Of a stretch of DNA of 64,000 nucleotides, positions 19,280 to 26,306 are shown in pieces. Under the pieces are notes generated by a model. The model ran no database searches. It saw only the letters and a list, made by a program, of their open reading frames with translations, and was not told the DNA's origin. Made by a program: the position numbers and the translations under genes. Numbering within the stretch: position 1 is the stretch's first letter; each line of letters opens with the position of its first letter. This stretch comes from Bacillales bacterium UBA6380 (lineage in GTDB: Bacteria; Bacillota_I; Bacilli_A; RFN20; CAG-826). The stretch covers positions 6,194 to 70,193 of the forward strand of contig DJQS01000007.1 of the NCBI GenBank assembly GCA_002438785.1, written 5' to 3'.

Positions 19280-19412
19280 CCTATTATTTCAGCTAACACC
19301 AAGAGGCAATTTATCGACATTGGTGAGTGTTATTTTCCAATAATAGTTAAAAATATATTTATTTTTTAAAAAAGCAACTTAACCTATGTTGATTGAATTA
19401 AGTCGTTTTCAT

Positions 19413-21515
19413 TTATTTAAATTTTGAACTTTTAAACAATTGATTTCTATTAATTGAATGATTGGTTTCGTCAAGCCAATATTCTTTACCATTTCTTGAT
19501 CCGATTTGAATAAATCCTGCTGAAGTACTTAAGCCTGTATTACCTTCTATTTTTGAGTAGAAGGTATAGTTTTCTTTAAATATAGCTCCATCATTTGTTT
19601 CTTCTATAATCCCATCTTCTAAAAGCTGATCATAGAGTTCATCGAATGAGTGATTTTCATGAGGTAATCGATAGTTTTCAATATCTGATCCTTTTTGTAC
19701 TTCAACCGCTCCATTATCTAAATAAAATAGAGCTTTTGCTTCAAGGCCTGGATTAGAAAAAAACAAATGTATATGTATAATTTCAAGATCAGAAGAAGAT
19801 ACTGCATAATATGGAAACAATGATATGACTTTATTAGTTAAATTAGCGGTTCTATCATCAATTTCTTTTGTAGTCCAATCTGGTAATTTTAAAATATCTT
19901 CATTTAATTTAAGATGACTAGTAGAAGAAAATAGGTCTACTTTATATTCCCAGATATTATTTTGCGCTTTAGAATTGTCTTTTTTAGAAATAAGTGTAAG
20001 ATTTCCTAATCTATTTCTTTGCATTAAATATTCATCCTCTGTTAAATTTAATTTAGTAAGCCATTTTTTACCATCTTGCGGCATTAAATGTTCCACACTG
20101 AGCTCTTTTAGATCAACAGGCGCAGAATTGTTAATGTTCTCAATTTTTTCTAAAACGATTCGTAATTGAGAACGTAAGATGTACATGTTATCTGTCCATA
20201 AGTGTTCTCTTAATTCCTTATCGTCAGGAACATATGATGATTTTCCTTTATTTGCATTTATCAAATGCTTTCTTAAGGCTATATCAATATTTGAATAATC
20301 GGGCTTACAAGAAGAGAGTGTATCATTTAAAACAGTAGGGAATATTCTTGTAATAGAAGATGTATCTAATGAGCATAATGCTCTTCTTATTAAGTATGAA
20401 TTGACAATTTTTATGAGATTTGCAAAAACATCATCACTTATTAGTAAATTTTGATTCATTTTATAAAATTCAAGAATAAGAGGAGCTGGCATTTCTGAAT
20501 CAATTTTTCTATAATCAATTAATTCATTTTTTATTGGATTTTTGAATTTTGTAATATCTAAATAATAAAGGTCGTTGTATCCTTTAGCATAATCTTTTAT
20601 ATCTGAAAGAATATCTTTAGGTGATAATCCGCTTTTTTGCTCTTTTTCATAGTATTCTTTGAATGTTGAATAAACAGAGTTGATATTACAAAGTCGTTTA
20701 TATTTAATTGATAAATAGATTCTAAAGAAACCTTCTAGTTTTTTGGCATTGCTATTTAAATTTTTTTCTATTTCGTTCCAATAATTTTTGTAATATATTT
20801 CTTGATCATCACTTGGAATAGTCATTAGTATATAATTTCTAATTAAATCTGATGCAGTTAATTTAGCTCCTGTTGAGTTAATACTTTCGAATATTTTTTG
20901 AGCGTTATCGTCTGAAGAAAGTGGAACACACACTAAGTATAGATTGTCCATTGCCATAAGTATTTGATTAAAAGAAAAACCATTTTTATTTAAGTCATTT
21001 ATTCTATCTTTAGTATAAATATAATTTTTGTATATGTTTGAATCAGTATTTTTAATATTATTTAAATCTTTATTGATTATTTGCTGATAAACATCATCAT
21101 CATTAACCAGTGGCTTTAGTTTGAATTTTAGTTTATCTTGTACAAATTGATTATTTAGATATTGATTCTCTAATTGTGAAGCTAAAGTAATATTGCCAGG
21201 GTCTTTTGTTTCATTTAATAAATCTCTTATTGCATACAACATAAGAAAAGTAGTGGTTAATCTTTGCTGACCATCTATTACAGAAAATTCTCTTGAAAAA
21301 GAATCTAATGGTGTATCTAAATAAATCAGAATACCTAAAAAATGTTTATCATACTTATTTTTTAATACTGCACAAAGATCATCAATATACTGTCTCACTT
21401 CTTTATTTGCTGTCCATGTGTAATTTCTTTGATACACTGGAATTACAAATTGACTTCCTACACTATTCCTTAATAATTCTAATAGACCTGTTCGTCTTGG
21501 TGGTTGATTTGTCAT
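19413..21515 (-). CDS. DUF262/DUF1524 (GmrSD-like type IV restriction / anti-phage) protein with extra C-terminal domain
   Basis: 700 aa; DGQQR motif (VIDGQQRLTT) near the N-terminus; His-Me finger motif SVEHLMPQ in the second half; about 130 extra C-terminal residues. Confidence 0.75.
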   Translation of the reverse strand: MTNQPPRRTGLLELLRNSVGSQFVIPVYQRNYTWTANKEVRQYIDDLCAVLKNKYDKHFLGILIYLDTPLDSFSREFSVIDGQQRLTTTFLMLYAIRDLLNETKDPGNITLASQLENQYLNNQFVQDKLKFKLKPLVNDDDVYQQIINKDLNNIKNTDSNIYKNYIYTKDRINDLNKNGFSFNQILMAMDNLYLVCVPLSSDDNAQKIFESINSTGAKLTASDLIRNYILMTIPSDDQEIYYKNYWNEIEKNLNSNAKKLEGFFRIYLSIKYKRLCNINSVYSTFKEYYEKEQKSGLSPKDILSDIKDYAKGYNDLYYLDITKFKNPIKNELIDYRKIDSEMPAPLILEFYKMNQNLLISDDVFANLIKIVNSYLIRRALCSLDTSSITRIFPTVLNDTLSSCKPDYSNIDIALRKHLINANKGKSSYVPDDKELREHLWTDNMYILRSQLRIVLEKIENINNSAPVDLKELSVEHLMPQDGKKWLTKLNLTEDEYLMQRNRLGNLTLISKKDNSKAQNNIWEYKVDLFSSTSHLKLNEDILKLPDWTTKEIDDRTANLTNKVISLFPYYAVSSSDLEIIHIHLFFSNPGLEAKALFYLDNGAVEVQKGSDIENYRLPHENHSFDELYDQLLEDGIIEETNDGAIFKENYTFYSKIEGNTGLSTSAGFIQIGSRNGKEYWLDETNHSINRNQLFKSSKFK

Positions 21516-22083
21516 TTTTACTGTTCCTTATTTATCATTTTGAAATGTAGTCCATAATATTTTAAAATCACAATTTAGGGTCTTGCAAATTTTACATAAA
21601 GCATCAATATTTATATTTTTAAATTTTATGGTTTTTGCCATAGTAGAAGTTCTTATTCCAGAAAGATTAGTTAATTCCTTCTTGTTTTAATTCTTATTAA
21701 TTGCAATATTCATAATCTGTTATAACTATTCATTTTAGTAAACAAACTCTCTCTTTAAATAAGATATACTTTAATTTTTTTATTTATCAATAAACATAAA
21801 GTTTAAGAATACATAAAAAAGCTTTGATTTTAAAATACATTGGTTAGTTTTTATTATTAATCTACATATCTTTCAATAATAGTTGTATTAAACAATTTGT
21901 AAATTAACAAATTGATTAAATTATCTATCTCCAAATATATTATTCTAAGTTAATAGCAGATGTAGTCAAAAAATCCGTATTCTCAATTGTTACAATTTAT
22001 TATGACTTCATCACTAACTCGCTAATTGGTAAAATAAATATTATTATTGATGAAAATATAAAATAATCTTTGACAATATTTAC

Positions 22084-22093
22084 GGGGGGGGGG
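22084..22093. repeat. G10 homopolymer tract in promoter region
   Basis: tacGGGGGGGGGGttaat; 30 bp upstream of the AAAGGAGGAAG RBS of the 22124 gene; extreme outlier in 27% GC DNA. Confidence 0.9.
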
Positions 22094-22123
22094 TTAATAT
22101 TATAAAAAAAGGAGGAAGAAAAA

Positions 22124-22609
22124 ATGTCAAAGAAAAAAGGGGTTGTTTCAAGTTTTGTTCTAACTATTTTATTCTTTTTAGGAGTTTTATCAGTTCTTTT
22201 CTTTAATCAATGTACAGCTGCAGGAATGTTAAATGAAGAAACTGTTACATTATTTGCGCTTATTGGTGCAGTAATTGACGAAGGAGAAGGTGGATTATTA
22301 GTATTAGCTTTTGTAGTTTTATTAATTACTTTTTTAGTTAGGTTCATTTTATTTTTGATTTTAGCTTTAGCTAAATGCAATATAATTAAAAAAGAATCTT
22401 TCGATGAAAAACTAGTTAAAATTTTAAATATTGTAGACACAATTTGCTTTGTCATTGACGATGTTGCTATATTATATATATTCTTCTATTATGTGATAGG
22501 TGGAAATCCGATATTTTCTGTTTATGGCTTGCCAATAGATGCATTTTATTTTGGTATAAGTATGGCTGCTTATTTAATTACAAGGAAAATGGCTAAACAA
22601 ATAGCATAA
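22124..22609 (+). CDS. small polytopic membrane protein (161 aa), function unknown
   Basis: Four or five hydrophobic segments; strong RBS. Confidence 0.45.
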   Translation: MSKKKGVVSSFVLTILFFLGVLSVLFFNQCTAAGMLNEETVTLFALIGAVIDEGEGGLLVLAFVVLLITFLVRFILFLILALAKCNIIKKESFDEKLVKILNIVDTICFVIDDVAILYIFFYYVIGGNPIFSVYGLPIDAFYFGISMAAYLITRKMAKQIA

Positions 22610-22628
22610 TTAAGTTTAATTATTTTAT

Positions 22629-22670
22629 AAAAAGAACTATCAAATATTTTTTAAATTTGATAGTTCTTTT
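22629..22670. terminator. bidirectional rho-independent terminator
   Basis: AAAAAGAACTATCAAA / TTTGATAGTTCTTTT perfect 15-bp stem flanked by A- and T-runs, between convergent genes. Confidence 0.55.
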
Positions 22671-22708
22671 ATTAAGTAGTTAAGATTATCTAAATTTATT
22701 TTAAGATA

Positions 22709-25700
22709 TTACTTATTTACTTTATATTTTTTAATAAAGATTAAAATAATAATTCCTAATATAGAAAGAATCGATATAAGAATACTCATACTAATAATAT
22801 TACCACCACAACCATTTTTATTAGATTCGCTATTAGTATTTTCTTTTTTATAATTTGTCAATTTAAACTTATATTCAACTGATCCATCAACCATATTTAT
22901 TTTAATAATATGTTCATTTGTTTCTAATGTGTTTAAATATTCATTTGTAAAAGTAATTGTTGATTTAGAATAATCTAAAACATATGAATTTTTATCTAAT
23001 TCTTTTTCATCAATGAGAATATTAATTAAATCTTTTAAATCGCCATTAATTGTTAAAACTAAATCATTTTTAGAATTTAAATCGATTTCTGCAGTGTTTC
23101 CCTTAATTTCATATACTTTTTTATAATTACAAGCTATACTTCCGATTGATAAAGAACCACTTGTAACCCCATCTTTAAATCTATAAACTGGACGATTACC
23201 ATTACTAGTATAACTAGCATCACTAATAGCAAACCCTTCATAATTATCTTCTATATTTAATTTAGTTGGAGGAAGAATGTGAGTAATTGTATTTCCTTCT
23301 TTATTAAATTTAATAGTTGCACCGACATTCTTATAACCATTGTCACTCATAACATATAATTCTTTATTATATGTATCAAAATCCATAGCCATAGCTCCAC
23401 CTAATTTAGAATCATATTCATTAATTAAAGTATATGTTCCATCATTATTTAAAACATAGGCATAAACAAATCCATTATCTTCTAAAGCAACAAAGAATAT
23501 TCCATCATTTATTGAATTTTTATAATTATCTATATTAAAGAGTTCGTTAGTATTTTTATCAATTATAGAACCTTCAATATCCTTGTAAGAAACATATTCA
23601 ACCGATTCAATACCCATATTAGCACTAACGCTAGGTAAAGAAGAAGTAATATCCCATTCCTTAGAAGCAACAATTTCATTGCTATCCTTATTTGGATCAA
23701 CCATTAAGATTGTATTATAGTTAACTCCTTTATTTGAATTATCTCTTTCTGAAGCTAAATAAACAAATCCATTGTCATCAACTGTAATTCCTTCAGCATC
23801 AGGACCTTTTGCAGTTAAATTATCCTTATCTTTAATAAATTTGACTTTTTTACCTTTAGAAAATCCTTCTTTAAAGTTCATTGAACCATCTTTATTGACA
23901 TCTAAAATCCAAAAGGTAGCTGTACCATTATCAACTGCATATAATTGATTATTATAAAAATCTAAGCCAGAAGAATCTTCTAAGAATAAACTTTCCTTAT
24001 CAAATATTTCGATTTCGTTACTTCCTGGCCAATTTATTTTTTCAGGAATATCTTTAAATTTATTAGCACTACCAGGAGTTTCAACCATTGTATTTTGATA
24101 GGTATTGCCATTAAAGTCTGGGTATAATCCCCAAGTCGGATTAGTATCTCCTATCCAAGTAGTTTCAGCTAATAATTGAGAATTATTATCATATAATCTA
24201 ACTGAATCATCTTTTCCTAAACCAAAACTTAAATCTGATATCACAAGATAACCATAAGGCTCAATTGTGGTGCCATCTTTAACTTTGTAAATATTATCAT
24301 CTTTATTATCTTTAATTATAAAATTAGAAATATCAATTTTTTCACTAGTAGGATTAGCAAGTTCTACCCAATCGTTTTCGTTTTCTTTAGGATTTGATTG
24401 TATTTCATTTAAAACAACAGGACTTGTAACTTTATTTAATTTTCCTTTACTAGATGTTGGATAGTCAACAAATTCACCTGTGCCATTAGGAATTCGAGCA
24501 TAAACCCCATTAGCATGAGCACCACTCCATGAATAAGAATCAATTAATAGCTCATCTTTATTATATAAATTAGCTTCATCAGATTTTCCAAGCCCAAAAC
24601 TAAAATCTTTATTTTGCTCAAAAACATAAATTTGATTAGGGTTTAACAAAGTATTATCAGCAACTGGCGTTACTTCGTTTTTCCTAGCTAATTTATCACT
24701 ATCATAAATATGCCAACCTGAAATATCAATCGGAGTAGTTCCAATATTTATAATTTCAACATAATCGATGCCACCATTAGGATCATCAGATTCAATTTCA
24801 TTTATTTTTACTTCTGGTTTATACCATTCATTAGCTTTATTTTTTGTTTCTTTAGTTAATGTAAATGAACCTGTTCCGTCAGGATAACGCCCATAACTAG
24901 CTTTAGCTCCATCCCCATCATAACTTGCGTGGCTAGTCCATGAATATTCATCGATTAATTCTTCTTTTTTATTATAAAGTCTTATAGAATCTCCTCCGCC
25001 TAGGCCGATATCATATTTACCTTCAATATATGTCTTAGTTGTATCATCATAAGCTTGACCAATTGTATTATTATCAATTACGTAAAAACTTTTTGAAGCA
25101 AGCTTTGTTCCTTCTTTAATTTTAAAACGATGATCATCACTATTATCTCTAATTTCATAATTTGATAAATCAATCTCACTATCACTATTATTATAAAGTT
25201 CGATCCAATCATCAGGTTGACTATTAACTTCATTAATTACTAATGGTTTACTTGTATCGGTAATTGGCTCTTCCTTAACGATATTTAATTCACCTTTAGT
25301 AGAATCTTGATCAATAAAATCACCTAAGCCATCTGGCACTCTGGAGTAAGTACCACTAGCTTGAGTAGTATATGTATAAGTATCGATTAATTCTTGATTT
25401 TTATTATAAAGATTAGCTGTATCAGCTTTCCCTAAGCCAAAAGAAAAATTAATTCCTCCTTCTAAAACTAATACTTCATTGCTTTTTAAAATCGTTCCTT
25501 CTTTAATTAAAGTTGTTTCATTATTTGTAAGATTTTCTAAACCTTTTTCATCACTAACAAAATAACCACCAATATCAATATCATTAGTTCCTACATTAAT
25601 AATTTCAATCCAATCTTCACCACCATTAGCATCCTTTGATTCGATTTCATTAATTCTTATACTTTCTTTTTTAAGTTCGTTTTGATTTCTTTTAACTATT

Positions 25701-25768
25701 TTATTATTTATTGATATTCCACTAACACTAATTAAAGAACTTAATACTAATAAACTTGCTTTTAACAT
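22709..25768 (-). CDS. surface protein with four lamin-tail-domain (LTD) repeats, phytase-like/beta-propeller region and C-terminal TM anchor
   Basis: Start refined to MLKASLLVLSSLISVSG signal peptide (ATG complement 25766-25768, GGGAG RBS); four repeats of the INE(I/V)xS...DW(I/V)E(L/I)xN...(I/L)D(I/L)S(N/G)(Y/W/F) pattern; C-terminal hydrophobic anchor. Confidence 0.6.
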   Translation of the reverse strand: MLKASLLVLSSLISVSGISINNKIVKRNQNELKKESIRINEIESKDANGGEDWIEIINVGTNDIDIGGYFVSDEKGLENLTNNETTLIKEGTILKSNEVLVLEGGINFSFGLGKADTANLYNKNQELIDTYTYTTQASGTYSRVPDGLGDFIDQDSTKGELNIVKEEPITDTSKPLVINEVNSQPDDWIELYNNSDSEIDLSNYEIRDNSDDHRFKIKEGTKLASKSFYVIDNNTIGQAYDDTTKTYIEGKYDIGLGGGDSIRLYNKKEELIDEYSWTSHASYDGDGAKASYGRYPDGTGSFTLTKETKNKANEWYKPEVKINEIESDDPNGGIDYVEIINIGTTPIDISGWHIYDSDKLARKNEVTPVADNTLLNPNQIYVFEQNKDFSFGLGKSDEANLYNKDELLIDSYSWSGAHANGVYARIPNGTGEFVDYPTSSKGKLNKVTSPVVLNEIQSNPKENENDWVELANPTSEKIDISNFIIKDNKDDNIYKVKDGTTIEPYGYLVISDLSFGLGKDDSVRLYDNNSQLLAETTWIGDTNPTWGLYPDFNGNTYQNTMVETPGSANKFKDIPEKINWPGSNEIEIFDKESLFLEDSSGLDFYNNQLYAVDNGTATFWILDVNKDGSMNFKEGFSKGKKVKFIKDKDNLTAKGPDAEGITVDDNGFVYLASERDNSNKGVNYNTILMVDPNKDSNEIVASKEWDITSSLPSVSANMGIESVEYVSYKDIEGSIIDKNTNELFNIDNYKNSINDGIFFVALEDNGFVYAYVLNNDGTYTLINEYDSKLGGAMAMDFDTYNKELYVMSDNGYKNVGATIKFNKEGNTITHILPPTKLNIEDNYEGFAISDASYTSNGNRPVYRFKDGVTSGSLSIGSIACNYKKVYEIKGNTAEIDLNSKNDLVLTINGDLKDLINILIDEKELDKNSYVLDYSKSTITFTNEYLNTLETNEHIIKINMVDGSVEYKFKLTNYKKENTNSESNKNGCGGNIISMSILISILSILGIIILIFIKKYKVNK

Positions 25769-25907
25769 AAATTTCTCCCTTTTAGAGAATTTTATTAATT
25801 TTTGGAGTGAGTATTCTATCAATAATCTGTAAATTAAATGTAAATAACTTATATAAATATATATTTTATGTAATTAAAATTAATATAAAATAATGTTAGA
25901 GGTTAAT

Positions 25908-26306
25908 ATGAAAAACATAAATGTTGTTGCTGCAATAATTATTAAAAATAATAAAATATTCATTACACAAAGAGGATATGGAGAATTTAAGGATTATTGG
26001 GAGTTTCCGGGTGGCAAAATTGAAAATGGAGAAACTAAAGAAGAAGCCCTTATTAGAGAAATAAAAGAAGAGCTTAATACTAATATTACCGTCAAGAAAT
26101 TATTAACTATAGTCGAGTATGATTATCCTAAGTTTCATTTAACTATGTCATGTTTTATATGTAATTTTGAAGATAATAATTTTAATTTAGTCGAAGCTGA
26201 AGACTATAGATTTATAGATGTTAATGAATTAGATTCGATTAATTTTTTACCAGCTGATATTTTAACTATTAAAAAAATAAAGCAATATTTTAATGAGAAT
26301 CAATAA
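25908..26306 (+). CDS. NUDIX hydrolase (MutT-like)
   Basis: Nudix box GGKIENGETKEEALIREIKEELN; start refined to MKNINVV. Confidence 0.7.
   Translation: MKNINVVAAIIIKNNKIFITQRGYGEFKDYWEFPGGKIENGETKEEALIREIKEELNTNITVKKLLTIVEYDYPKFHLTMSCFICNFEDNNFNLVEAEDYRFIDVNELDSINFLPADILTIKKIKQYFNENQ

Noticed and set aside
19413-21515. Operon linkage of the AAA+ ATPase and the GmrSD-like gene as a two-component system
   Set aside because: The genes are convergent and separated by about 830 bp of IS debris. Co-localisation is noted but a shared transcript is not supported.
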